DNA from: Vicinamibacteria bacterium
Lineage (GTDB): Bacteria; Acidobacteriota; Vicinamibacteria; Vicinamibacterales; JAENWD01
DNA: 64,000 bases
NCBI GenBank assembly: GCA_963787035.1
Contig: CAWBBN010000029.1
Coordinates: 20,617 to 84,616, forward strand
Reading direction: 5' to 3'
Positions 30,094 to 39,863 of this stretch are shown one piece after another; within the stretch, counting starts at the first letter, position 1, and every line of letters begins with the position of its first letter. Both the position numbers and the translations under genes were made by a program. The notes under the pieces are model-generated. The model saw only the letters and a program-made list of their open reading frames with translations. It was not told the origin of the DNA and did no database searches.

Positions 30094-31117
30094 TCAGGTC
30101 GTCGTCGCCGAATGCCGCGCCACTCGAAGAGCCTGGATCGCGGCGCCGCGCGCGCTCGCCGTGTCGCCATTGGGCATGATGCGGATCTGGATGTCGGCCT
30201 GCTCCTGCCGCTGGATCGGCATCGACGTCGCGATTTCCGCCAGGAACCATCGCCGGAAATCCGCTGACACCTCGATGGCGCCTCCGCCGACGATGAGGGC
30301 GTCCGGATCGAAGGTGTTGACCATCTGATCGAAGAACAGTCCCAGGGCATGCGCCTGCACGCGGAAGATGTCGCGGCACATCGCGTCGCCCGAGGCGGCC
30401 ATGCCGCGCACGCGCTTGGCTGCCTCGCGTATGTCCCCTGCCCGCTGCGAGCTCGTGAGCTGGATTCTTGTGGAGGAACCACGGCAACAGCGTCTTGGCG
30501 ATCGCGGTCAGCGAACACAGCGACTCGAGATCGCCCGTGCGTCCGCAATTGCAGACGGGCGTGAGGCCCTCGATGCCATGGATGCTCTGGTAGGGAATCA
30601 GGACGTGCCCGAGCTCGCCGCCGAAGCCGGCCCGGCCCTTGACGACATGCCCGTCGACGATGACGCCGCCGCCGAGACCGGTGCCGATGATTACCGAAAT
30701 CGAGGTCGCCTTTTCGGGCTCGTCGAAGATGGACCAGTGGCCCCACAGCGCACCAGCATTCCCGTCGTTCAGGTACGTCACCGGACGCCGGAGCACTGCC
30801 GACAGACCGGCCGGAAGATCGAAACCGGCCCAGGCCGGATGCACGAAGTTCGTGGATCCTTTCGCGCTGAGCACTCCGATGGCACTCGCCGGGCCAGGCG
30901 TGTCGAGCCCCACCATCACCACGTCGTCCAGCGCGACGCCGGCCTTCCCGGCGGCGATGGCCAACCCGTCGGCGATCTGCCGCAGGCAGATATCAGGGCC
31001 TTCGATGGACCTCGCGGGATGCTCGCAGAGATCTTCGATCAGGAAACGCCCCTCGAAATCGACGAGGGTGTAGTTGACGGCGGTGCCTCCGAGGTCGATG
31101 CCGGCGATGATTTGCAT
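30094..31117 (-). pseudogene. ROK family sugar kinase (glucokinase-like) (1 apparent frameshift near 30430)
   Basis: MQIIAGIDLGGTAVNYTLVD, GLDTPGP, YLNDGNAGALWG, IIGTGLGGGVIVDG, GFGGELGH, CNCGRTGDLES (ROK Zn motif), then MCRDIFRVQAHALGLFFDQMVNTFDPDALIVGGG (ORF 30094-30411). Confidence 0.9.
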
Positions 31118-31209
31118 GGGAGTCCCCGGCCGCCGCGCATCCGCGGGCGTCCGGACGGTACCAGCGCCTCTGGCGGCGGTCAAGCGGGGAAAAGGACCCG
31201 GCGCCCCCG

Positions 31210-33621
31210 CTACTCGTAACGCAGCGCCTGCACGGGATTGACGCGCGTCGCGCGAAGCGCCGGCACGAGCGTCGCGATTGTGGCGACCGCCAGCAGCCCC
31301 GCCGCGACCGACGCGAACGTCAACGGATCGGTCGCCGCGATGCCGAACAGCTGCGCCTGGAGCACGCGCGTCAGCCAGGCGGCGCCAAGAAGCCCCAGCA
31401 CGACGCCGACGGCCGCCAGCGTGAGGCCCTGTCGCAACACGAGCCCGAGGACGTCGGACCGCGCCGCGCCGAGCGCCATGCGGACGCCGATCTCCTGCGA
31501 GCGCCTCGTGACGTCGAAGGCCATCACGCCGTAGATCCCGAGCGCCGCCAGCACCATCGCCAGGACGGCAAACGTCGCCAGCAGCGTCATCGACAGGCGA
31601 CGCTGCCCGACCGCGCGATCCATGAGCGTTTCCATGCTCGCCACGTCCGAGATCGGCTGATCCGGGTCGACCTCTCGAATCGCGCCGCGCACCGCGTTCA
31701 CGATCGTCGCAGGATCGCCCGCCGTTCGAACCGCCAATGTCATCTGCGTCTGCGCGCGCTGCGGATACGCGAAGTACAGCTGCACACGATGCTCGGCGTC
31801 GAGTCCTTCGTGCGCCGTGTGATCCACCACGCCCACTACCGTGAGCCACTTCGCATCGGGCTTCGTCCCGTCGTCGAAGGTCACTCGTTTGCCGACAGGA
31901 TCGGTGTTCGGCCAGAAGCGCCGGGCGGCCTCCGAGTCGACGACAACCACAGGCATCGAGTCGGTGCGATCGGCGTCGGTCAGCAGCCGGCCACGCAGCA
32001 ACGGGACCTTGATCGTCTCGAGATACCCGGCGGTCACGAGACGGAGGTCTCCCCACGGGGCCGGCTGGCCCTTCGGCGGCTGATACCCCTCGACCGTGAA
32101 GGTGCCGGTCCCCCAGTTCCCGCCGAACGGGATGTTCGACGTCGCTCCGACGGAGACGACGCCCGGCAGTGCCGCGATCTTCTGGCGTACCGCCGAGAAG
32201 AAGTTCACGAGGGCGGCGTCGTCCTTGTATTTCGTCTTTGGCACCGTGAGGTTCATCGTCGCCAGGTGGGTGGGATCGAACCCCGGGCTGACGCCCTGCA
32301 GCCGCGCGAAGCTGCGAAGGAGCAGCCCTGCGCCGACGAGCAGCGTCAGCGCCAGCGCCATTTCGGCGACGACGAGGACGCGACGCAGCCAGCGGCCCTG
32401 CTGGTCGCCAGCCGTGCGGGCGCCGTCCTTGAGCGAATGCTGGAGATCGGTGCGCGAGGCATGGAGGGCCGGCGCGAATCCGAAGATGAGTCCCGTCGCG
32501 AGGGCGATGCCGAGCGTGAACAACAGGACGGTGCCGTCGATGCTCACGCCGCCCGAAGGGATCTGATCGGCGGGCGCCAGCGCGAGCAGCGCCTGAATCG
32601 CCGCCACGGCGACGCCGAGGCCCGCCAGGGCGCCGGCGCCCGCGAGAAGCAGGCTCTCGGTCAGCAGCTGCCGAATCAGGTCGCGACGGGTCGCGCCGAT
32701 CGCCGCGCGCACCGCCATCTCGCGCGTCCGCGCCTCCGAGCGCGCGAGCAGCAGGTTCGCGATATTCGCGCAGGCAATGAGCAGCACGAACCCGACGGCG
32801 CCGAGCAGGACGAGCAGCGCGGGCCTCAACTGTGCCGTCATGTAGTCATTGAACGTTCGCGTCTCAATCGTCCAGGTGCGGTCGTACGAGGACGGGTGAT
32901 CGTGCTTGAGCCCCTCGGCGAACGCCGTGACCTCGCGAGTCGCCTGATCGACCGGAATGCCCGGCCGCAGGCGCCCCAACGAAAACAGGAACTCGTTCGT
33001 TCGCGCGTCGTCTCCGTACTGCTCCTGCTTGAAAACGGCCGGCGCCCAGACCTCGACGCGCCGATTGAAGAGCGAGTAGAAGCCGCGAGGCATGACGCCG
33101 ATCACCTCGAACGGCTCGCCGCCGAGGACGACCTTCTTGCCGACGATGTTCCGGTCCGAGCCGAAGCGCCGCTCCCAGAGGCCGTAGCCGAGCACGACGA
33201 CGTTCTTGAAGCCCTCGCGACAGTCCCCGGGCAGGAACGTGCGGCCCAGCATCGGCGCGACGCCGAAGACCTTGAAGAAGTCCGCCGTCGCATACGAGCC
33301 GGTCAGCTTCTCCGGCTCGCCGGTGCCGGTGAGATTCACGTTCCAGCGGCCCGCGACCGCGAACGTATCGAAGACGTGCGTGCGCTCGGTGATCTCCTTG
33401 TAGCTCGGCACCGCGAAGCCCGCCTGGAGATTGTTGAGGTCCGGGTAGTAGTGATCGAGCGTGACGAGACGCTCGGGGTGGTCATACGGGAGCGAGCGCA
33501 ACAGCACCGCGTTGACGAGCGAGAAGATCGCCGTGTTGGCGCCGATGCCCAATGCCAGCGTCAGGATCACGACGAGCGAAAACCCGGGCTGGTGGACCAG
33601 ACGTCGAATCGCGTAGCGCAT
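31210..33621 (-). CDS. ADOP family (acidobacterial duplicated orphan permease) MacB/FtsX-like ABC permease, intact
   Basis: 803-aa uninterrupted ORF. N-terminus MRYAIRRLVHQPGFSLVVILTLALGIGANTAIFSLVNAVLLRSLPYDHPERLVTL. Two MacB-type periplasmic domains and two FtsX 4-TM modules, ending VNPVQALRYE. Confidence 0.9.
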   Translation of the reverse strand: MRYAIRRLVHQPGFSLVVILTLALGIGANTAIFSLVNAVLLRSLPYDHPERLVTLDHYYPDLNNLQAGFAVPSYKEITERTHVFDTFAVAGRWNVNLTGTGEPEKLTGSYATADFFKVFGVAPMLGRTFLPGDCREGFKNVVVLGYGLWERRFGSDRNIVGKKVVLGGEPFEVIGVMPRGFYSLFNRRVEVWAPAVFKQEQYGDDARTNEFLFSLGRLRPGIPVDQATREVTAFAEGLKHDHPSSYDRTWTIETRTFNDYMTAQLRPALLVLLGAVGFVLLIACANIANLLLARSEARTREMAVRAAIGATRRDLIRQLLTESLLLAGAGALAGLGVAVAAIQALLALAPADQIPSGGVSIDGTVLLFTLGIALATGLIFGFAPALHASRTDLQHSLKDGARTAGDQQGRWLRRVLVVAEMALALTLLVGAGLLLRSFARLQGVSPGFDPTHLATMNLTVPKTKYKDDAALVNFFSAVRQKIAALPGVVSVGATSNIPFGGNWGTGTFTVEGYQPPKGQPAPWGDLRLVTAGYLETIKVPLLRGRLLTDADRTDSMPVVVVDSEAARRFWPNTDPVGKRVTFDDGTKPDAKWLTVVGVVDHTAHEGLDAEHRVQLYFAYPQRAQTQMTLAVRTAGDPATIVNAVRGAIREVDPDQPISDVASMETLMDRAVGQRRLSMTLLATFAVLAMVLAALGIYGVMAFDVTRRSQEIGVRMALGAARSDVLGLVLRQGLTLAAVGVVLGLLGAAWLTRVLQAQLFGIAATDPLTFASVAAGLLAVATIATLVPALRATRVNPVQALRYE

Positions 33622-33640
33622 GACCTCGGCTCCCTGGTGT

Positions 33641-36040
33641 CTACTCGGACTTCAGCGCGTCCATCGGATCGACTTTCGTCGCAGCGCGGCCCGGCGCGAG
33701 GCTGGCGAGCCCGGCCACGACGACGAGCGCGGCAACGGTTCCGGCCATCGCCCACGGATCGAACGGTCTGACGTCGAACAGCATCGACTCCACGAAGCGG
33801 CCCAGCACGAGCGCCGCCACGAGACCCGCAATCGCGCCGCCCGCTGCCGACGTCAGGGCCTGCCGCAGCACGAGGCCGGCCACGCGGATGGGCTGGGCAC
33901 CAAGCGCCACCCGGATCGCCAGCTCGGCGCGCCGCTCGGCCACGGCGGCCGTCGTCACAGCGTAGATGCCGAGCGCGGCGAGCACAAGCGCAAGTCCGGC
34001 AAACAGCGACAGCAGGCTCATCACCAGGGTTCGCGTCGCCAGCGTCTCGCCCAGCACGGCCCGCATCGGCCGCACCTGCCCGACCGGCACAGACGGGTCG
34101 AGGTCGCGCACGACGCGGGCAAGTGAGGGAGCAATCCCCTCGTCGGCTCCGTGGTTTTGACGGTAACGGTCATGAACTCGTTCGCAAACCGCCCATAGGG
34201 CCAGTACGTCATGGGATGAGCCGCGGTCTCGAGATTCTCGTGCCGGACGTTGCCGACGACGCCGATGATTCGATCGGGCTCGGGCGAGTCCCAGTCGATG
34301 TGGATTTCGCGGCCGATGGGGTTCTCGTTGGGGAACGACTCGTCGGCCAGTGCCTGGCTGATGACGACCACGTGCGCCCGGTCGCCGGTGTCACCCGGCC
34401 CGAAGGTCCGGCCCTGCAGCAGCGGGATCCCCATCGCGCCAAAGTAGTCGCCGTCCACGATTCGCACGTTCGCCACCGGTTCCTGGCCGAGCGGCGGTTT
34501 CGGCTTGCCGATGACGTCGTAGCTCGTCGCAGAGCCCAGCCCCGTCATGGGCAGGTAAGCTGACGGCGCCGACTGCCGACACGCCGGGAAGCGCGGCCAT
34601 GCGCTCGGTGACGGCGTGATAGAACCTCGCGCGCGACTCCGGACGGGAATACGCGTCGCCGGAGAGCGACAGCGACAACGTCTGCACGCCGTCGATCGAG
34701 AAGCCAGGTTTCACGTCGAGCACCTGCGCGAGGCTTCGGATGAGGAGGCCCGCGCCGGCGACGAGCACGACGGCGAGCGCGACTTCGAGGCCGACGAGCA
34801 ACGGGCGCAGCCGCGCGCCGGCGACGCCGGTCGATCCGCGCAGGCCGTCCTTCAGCGACTCGACCAGCGCCAGTCGCGTGGCGGCAAACGCCGGCACGAG
34901 CCCGGCGAGCAGCGCGGCCAGCAGCGTGAGGCCGCTTGCAAAGACGATGACGCGCGCGTCGAGCGTGACCTCCGCGAGTCGCGGCACCGTGGCGCTGTCG
35001 GTGACGACGTGTTTCAGGAGACTCAGGCCGGACGCCGCCGTCGAGCCAGCCGAGCACGCCGGCGGCGGTCGCCAGCAGCAGGCTCTCGCCGAGCAGTTGC
35101 CGGACGAGCCGTCCGCGACCCGCGCCGAGCGCCGCACGCAGGGCGAGCTCACGACGGCGCGCGGTGCCTCTCGCGAGCAGCAGGTTCGCGACGTTGGCAC
35201 ATGCGATGACCAGCACCAGCCCCACGGCCCCGACGAGCAGCAGCAGCGCCGGACGAATCTGTCCGGTCACCTGCTGATGCATCGGGACGACGCGTGCGCC
35301 CCAGCCGGTGTCGAACTCGGGAAACTTCTTCGTCAGCTCCGCGGAGATGCCGTTCATCTCCTGCTGCGCCGTGGCGAACGCGACGCCCGGCTTCAGTCGC
35401 GCGATGGTCATGAGCCAGCGGCCTCGCGGCGTGCGGTCTTCGGCCGAGAAACCGGTCGGCAGCCACAGGTCCACGTCGGGATCGAGCACGCTGAACCCGG
35501 CCGGCATCACGCCGACCAGCGTGAACGGCTTGCCCTGCACCTGCAGCGGCCGGCCAATCGCCGACCGATCGCCGCCGAGCCGCGTCTGCCAGTACCCGAT
35601 GACTGACGACGGCGAGGGGCTTCTGACCGACGTCTTCGCTTTCGGTGAAGACGCGCCCGAGCGCCGGCGAGACGCCGAGGATCGGGAAGAGCGCGGCGCT
35701 GACCACCTGCTGGGGAACCATTTCCGGCGTGAGGCCGGCGCCGCTCGACCGTGACTTTGAACGTCAGCGAGACGGCCGCGAGATCGACGAAGGCGTGCTG
35801 GCGATCGCGCCAGTAGAGGAAGTTGCCCGGGGATCCGACGTTGGTCATGTTCCCGCGGCGCGGGCTGGTCTCCCAGATCACGGCGAGCGAGGACGGATCG
35901 CGGTACGGGAGGTCGCGCAGCAGAACGCCGTTCACGACGGAGAAGACCAGGGTCGACGCGCCGATGGCCAGCGTGAGCGCGCCCAGAGCGGCGGCGGTAG
36001 CCAGCGGCGTGCGGGTGAACAGGCGCAACGTGTGACGCAT
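33641..36040 (-). pseudogene. second ADOP family permease, tandem paralog (>=6 apparent frameshifts)
   Basis: [57 protein letters not shown] (35507-36064) / [20 protein letters not shown] (35149-35721) / [45 protein letters not shown] (34545-35540) / [16 protein letters not shown] (34391-35200) / NVRIVDGDYFGAMGIPLLQGRTF (34021-34548) / IYAVTTAAVAERRAELAIRVALGA..KVDPMDALKSE (33641-34111). Confidence 0.9.
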
Positions 36041-36048
36041 CGGGACCT

Positions 36049-36108
36049 CAGTGCGAAGTGCCAAGTGCGAAGTGCCAAGTGGGAACGCAGTGCTAGAATA
36101 TTAGCACT
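36049..36108. repeat. heptamer array (GTGCGAA/GTGCCAA) x5 followed by an AT-rich hairpin in a divergent promoter region
   Basis: ca GTGCGAA GTGCCAA GTGCGAA GTGCCAA GTGGGAA cgc, then agtgcta-gaatat-tagcact (7-bp stem, 36089-36108). The hairpin contains TAGAAT (+) and TAATAT (-). Confidence 0.85.
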
Positions 36109-36144
36109 TCTGCCGCGGCTTGTGTCGGCCCGCGGCGCGACTCG

Positions 36145-36150
36145 TATAGT
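36145..36150 (+). promoter_or_regulatory. -10-like hexamer TATAGT, 7 nt upstream of the ATG at 36158 (leaderless geometry)
   Basis: tcgTATAGTgcgcgcgATG; no SD. Confidence 0.4.
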
Positions 36151-36157
36151 GCGCGCG

Positions 36158-36618
36158 ATGGTCGGTGCCGCGATCCTCATGGCCGCGCTCGCACATGCGG
36201 CGCCGCGCGCCGGCCGACACGGGCGGCCCGCGGCGGAACCTCGCGGTGGACGAAACGCGCGGCGGCCACACGCTCGCCCGGCATGTCGGTCGCACCGACC
36301 TCGAGCTCCGCGATCGCCTGCAGGCGCGAATCGCACATCTCGGCTGCCTCTTCGTACGTGGACCGCGCCGCGGCCGAGCTGATGGTCGGCCTCGCGCTCG
36401 AACGGGAACGCGGACGGCTCGAGTCCTGGGCACGGCGGCGCGGCTCGCGGCCGAATCTCGTCCTGCACGTCGACGCGCCGCGAGGCCCGCCGATCGGCCG
36501 CGTGCTCGTGCGCGGCGCCTCGACCGCCGTCCCGGCCGACTCCGCGCTCGTCGTCCTGCGCTGGGACGTCGAGGCCGGCGACTTCTTCGTGCTCACCTCA
36601 TATCCGGAGGCCCAGTGA
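36158..36618 (+). pseudogene. small stand-alone toxin with bacterial RNase A-like (CdiA-CT RNase A family) domain (2 apparent frameshifts; 1 if the ATG at 36195 is the start)
   Basis: MVGAAILMAALAHAAP (signal-like) / NLAVDETRGGHTLARHVGRTDLELRDRLQ (the GGHTLxRHVG motif I associate with this toxin family) / ESHISAASSYVDRAAAELMVGLALERERGRLESW..LVLHVDAPRGPPIGRVLVRG..SALVVLRWDVEAGDFFVLTSYPE. Confidence 0.65.
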
Positions 36619-36926
36619 CGCCTCGCACCCGTCCGTCGACGTACCCGCAGCTCGAGGCGTTCTTCGGCGGCTATCTCCACCAGGACTTCGTCGAGGAGCA
36701 CGGCACGCTCGCCGGTGCGGTCGCGGCGTTCGCGCGTGATGCCAGCGTCCGCGAGCGGCGCGCGCTCGCGCGCGAGTGGAAAGCCTTTCGTAAGGACGCG
36801 CGTCACTCGGTCACGCTCGCCTCGACGCGTGCGGCAGTCAGCGCGCTCGGCGCGGCATGGGCGCCGCGCCGCACGGACGATCTCGCGCGGCTCGACCGCC
36901 TCATCGCCGCGCTCGATTCGCGATAA
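36615..36926 (+). CDS. CdiI-type immunity protein candidate (FGGYLHQDF family)
   Basis: The GTG at 36615 overlaps the toxin TGA (GTGA). VTPRTRPSTYPQLEAFFGGYLHQDFVEEHGTLAGAVAAFARDASVRERRALAREWKAFRKD..; about 103 aa, acidic/helical, immediately downstream of the toxin. Confidence 0.6.
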   Translation: MTPRTRPSTYPQLEAFFGGYLHQDFVEEHGTLAGAVAAFARDASVRERRALAREWKAFRKDARHSVTLASTRAAVSALGAAWAPRRTDDLARLDRLIAALDSR

Positions 36927-36935
36927 GCTCGCGCG

Positions 36936-38267
36936 GTGCGCCCTCCAGATCACGCATCCGCAACGCTCCTCCGCTCGCTCGACCTCAAGGCGCTGAGCGC
37001 GGGCCTCTTCAATACGGTCGTCGGCGCGGGGATCTTCGTGCTGCCCGCAACGGTGGCTGGTCTGGTCGGCACGGGCGCCGCGTTCGCGTACGTCTTCTGC
37101 GCGGTGGCGATCCTGTTCGTGATGCTGGCGTACGCCTCGGCCGGCAGCCGCGTGACCGACGCCGGCGGCAGCATCGCCTACATCCACGCGGCCTTCGGGC
37201 CGCTCGCCGGCTTTCTCGGCGGCGTGATGATCTGGCTGAGCGACACGCTGGCCGGCGGGGGCGTCGCCGCCGCATTCGCGGCCGCGGTGTCGGTTTACGT
37301 GCCGGCCGTCGCCGATCCGATCGGGCGCACGCTGCTGCTTGCCGTGGTCCTCGGCGGCCTTGCCGCGATCAACGTGCGCGGCGTGGCCAAGGGCGCCAGC
37401 TTCGTGCAGGTCGTCACGATCTTCAAGCTCGCGCCGCTTGTCGCGTTCGTCGTCCTTGGGCTCGCGCTCCGGTGGCACGACATCCCGGCGCCGACGATCC
37501 CGGCGGCAGACTCGCTCGGCCGCGCGGCGGTCTTCCTGATGTTCGCGTTCTCGGGCGCCGAGACGTCGATGGCGCTTTCCGGAGAGGTCATCGAGGCGCA
37601 CAAGACGATCCCGCGTGCGCTGCTGCTCGCGCTCGGCGTCATCACCCTGCTCTATGGTTCGGTGCATGCCGTCGCGGCAGCCGCCCTCGGCGCCTCGCTG
37701 CCGGCGTCGACGGCGGCGCCGCTCGCGGAAGCGGCAGGCGCCTTCGGCGGGGCGCCGATGCGATCGTTGCTCCTGGCGGGGACGGCGATCTCGATGCTCG
37801 GCTACTTGAGCGCGATCGCGCTGGCGACGCCGCGGAGCGTCTACCGCATTGGCAGGGTCGGCGTGCTGCCGCGCGCACTCGGCAGCGTGCATCCACGCTT
37901 CCGGACGCCACACGTCGCCATCATCGCGCAGATGTTTGTCACGTTCGCCATCGCGGCGACTGGCACGTTCACGCTGCTCGTGCCCCTGGCCACCGTGGCG
38001 GTCCTCGTGCTCTACCTGACCGTGTGTTTCGCCGCGTGGCGCCTCGCGCGCCTCGACGTCCGCGCCGAGGGCGAGCCGTTCAAGGTGCCGTCGCCCGTCT
38101 TCGCGATCGGCGCGCTGCTCTGCGTCTGGCTGCTCTGGAACACGACGCTGAAGGAACAACTGCTCGAACTGGCGGTCCTCACCGGCGCGGCGATGCTCTT
38201 CCTGTGGCGCACGCGCGGACGGGACGCGGAGGCAGTGGCCGCCGAAATCACGGAGCAGTCAGCGTAA
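36936..38267 (+). CDS. APC superfamily amino acid permease
   Basis: 443-aa intact ORF with about 12 TM segments. LFNTVVGAGIFVLPATVAG, FAFSGAETSMALSGEV, LYGSVHAVAAAALG. Confidence 0.85.
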   Translation: MRPPDHASATLLRSLDLKALSAGLFNTVVGAGIFVLPATVAGLVGTGAAFAYVFCAVAILFVMLAYASAGSRVTDAGGSIAYIHAAFGPLAGFLGGVMIWLSDTLAGGGVAAAFAAAVSVYVPAVADPIGRTLLLAVVLGGLAAINVRGVAKGASFVQVVTIFKLAPLVAFVVLGLALRWHDIPAPTIPAADSLGRAAVFLMFAFSGAETSMALSGEVIEAHKTIPRALLLALGVITLLYGSVHAVAAAALGASLPASTAAPLAEAAGAFGGAPMRSLLLAGTAISMLGYLSAIALATPRSVYRIGRVGVLPRALGSVHPRFRTPHVAIIAQMFVTFAIAATGTFTLLVPLATVAVLVLYLTVCFAAWRLARLDVRAEGEPFKVPSPVFAIGALLCVWLLWNTTLKEQLLELAVLTGAAMLFLWRTRGRDAEAVAAEITEQSA

Positions 38268-39786
38268 AGCCAATCTCCACCTCATCCAGCCGGCCCCACG
38301 ACAGCTTCAGCGTGAAGTCGTTCACGTCGCGAACCGCGTTCGGTCCGGGCTTCAGTTTTCGCGCGGCGCCGACATCGCTGATGAGGTTCTCGACGAGCGG
38401 CTTCACCTGTTCGATCAAATACGCTTCCGTGCGCCGGGCCTGATCGGCGTCGAGGTGCGCGGGATCGATCTGGTGCGGCTGCAGGTAGTCGTCGATCGCC
38501 TGCGGCCGGACGATCGCGGCGTACACGAAATCCACGGCAAGCCGCTGGAGCAGCACCTGCTCGCGCGCCAGGCGACTGGCGGCGTCGTCGCGCGAAATCG
38601 CCGCGGCCGTCAGCGCGCGCGCGATCGCGATGGGCGCGTCCCCGGCGGAGAACCCGGCGAGCTTCTGGAACGCGTGCGTCGCTCGCAGCGCTTCGATGAA
38701 GGGAATCGCCGCGCCCTCGCCCGCGGCGCCGACGTCCGCGACGGAGACCCGGCTGCCAGAGGCGAGAGCCCGCGCGACCTTCTCACCGGCCGCGGCGGCT
38801 CCGTCGTCGCGGCCCGTGTAGATCACGCACACCGCATCGCCGCGCGCGCCGCGCGGGGGTGTCGTGAGACCCGCGACGTCGAGCGACGCCTTCAACGCGG
38901 GCTCCACCTTCGCAGCGCCAGCCGCGGGCACGACGTCGACGGCAATCGCACGGCCTGGCACCGCGAGCGCGCGAGCGACGAGCAGCGTTCCAAGCGGATC
39001 GGTGCCGGTGACGAGCGCGGCCCGATGCGACGACAGCGACGAGCCGAGCGCCGAGGTCAGCGTCGCTCGCTCGGCCGCGACAACGCCGCGCGGTTCTTCC
39101 GGCTCGGCGCTCAGCGCGAGGTAGTCGATCGTCCCGGCCGCCACGAGATCCGCTGCGGCCTTTGCCACGGCAAGATTCCTCGCCCGCAGCGCCTTGTATC
39201 GATCGAGCATCGTCGTCGGGATCTGGCTCTCGATTGAACGGGCTTCGGCCGCCGCTTGCGGGTCCGCGGCGTCCGGTCCGCCGAGCTCGGCCCAGCGCAT
39301 CAGCGCCGTCTTCCAGGCGCCCTTCCGTCCGTCATCGCCCAGCGACGACCCCGGCAACGTCGTGAACGCGTAGATATGGATCGACGTGGCCCGCGCACGA
39401 AGCCGCTCGATCGCCTTCATGCGCGCCAGCGCCTTTTCGACGGTGGTGTCCGGACGTCTCGATGCCGGCAGCCCGCCGTAGGCGAGCATGTCGGTGGACA
39501 CGACCACGGAGGTGATCTTCGTGAGGTCCAGCGAGTCGAGCCATTCGGCGATTCCGTCGGCGTCGCCCTCCGCGTCGCCGTGGCCGAGCCGGTGACGCGG
39601 CGGCGTCACGACTTCGCCGCCAGCCAGGGATCCAAGGGCCACCACATCGCTCAGGTTGACCGGCCGCTCGTCGATCGGAACCAGCCCGACGCGGGGCGCG
39701 GCCGGCGGAACCGCCGGCGCTGCCGGGGCGACGGCCGGCAGAATGATCGCGATCAAGAGCGCAAGTGCGCCGCGGCGGACCGTCAT
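38248..39786 (-). CDS. DUF4127 family protein (secreted, unknown function)
   Basis: 512-aa intact ORF with a signal peptide ALALLIAIILPAVAPAAPA. VGLVPIDERPVNLSDV resembles the LPLDERPCN start of DUF4127 (from memory). Overlaps the permease 3' end by 20 nt (convergent). Confidence 0.5.
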   Translation of the reverse strand: MTVRRGALALLIAIILPAVAPAAPAVPPAAPRVGLVPIDERPVNLSDVVALGSLAGGEVVTPPRHRLGHGDAEGDADGIAEWLDSLDLTKITSVVVSTDMLAYGGLPASRRPDTTVEKALARMKAIERLRARATSIHIYAFTTLPGSSLGDDGRKGAWKTALMRWAELGGPDAADPQAAAEARSIESQIPTTMLDRYKALRARNLAVAKAAADLVAAGTIDYLALSAEPEEPRGVVAAERATLTSALGSSLSSHRAALVTGTDPLGTLLVARALAVPGRAIAVDVVPAAGAAKVEPALKASLDVAGLTTPPRGARGDAVCVIYTGRDDGAAAAGEKVARALASGSRVSVADVGAAGEGAAIPFIEALRATHAFQKLAGFSAGDAPIAIARALTAAAISRDDAASRLAREQVLLQRLAVDFVYAAIVRPQAIDDYLQPHQIDPAHLDADQARRTEAYLIEQVKPLVENLISDVGAARKLKPGPNAVRDVNDFTLKLSWGRLDEVEIGFTLTAP

Positions 39787-39792
39787 GCAGCG

Positions 39793-39798
39793 ATTCTA
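39793..39798 (-). promoter_or_regulatory. -10-like hexamer TAGAAT, 6 nt upstream of the ATG at 39786 (leaderless geometry)
   Basis: Minus strand reads gaTAGAATcgctgcATG. Confidence 0.4.
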
Positions 39799-39851
39799 TC
39801 GGTTGAGGTCAGGCGGTCCGGCCGCCCTTGAACCGCCCCCTCGCACGCGAT

Positions 39852-39857
39852 TACAGT
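39852..39857 (+). promoter_or_regulatory. -10-like hexamer TACAGT, 6 nt upstream of the ATG at 39864 (leaderless geometry)
   Basis: atTACAGTcgagagATG. Confidence 0.4.
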
Positions 39858-39863
39858 CGAGAG

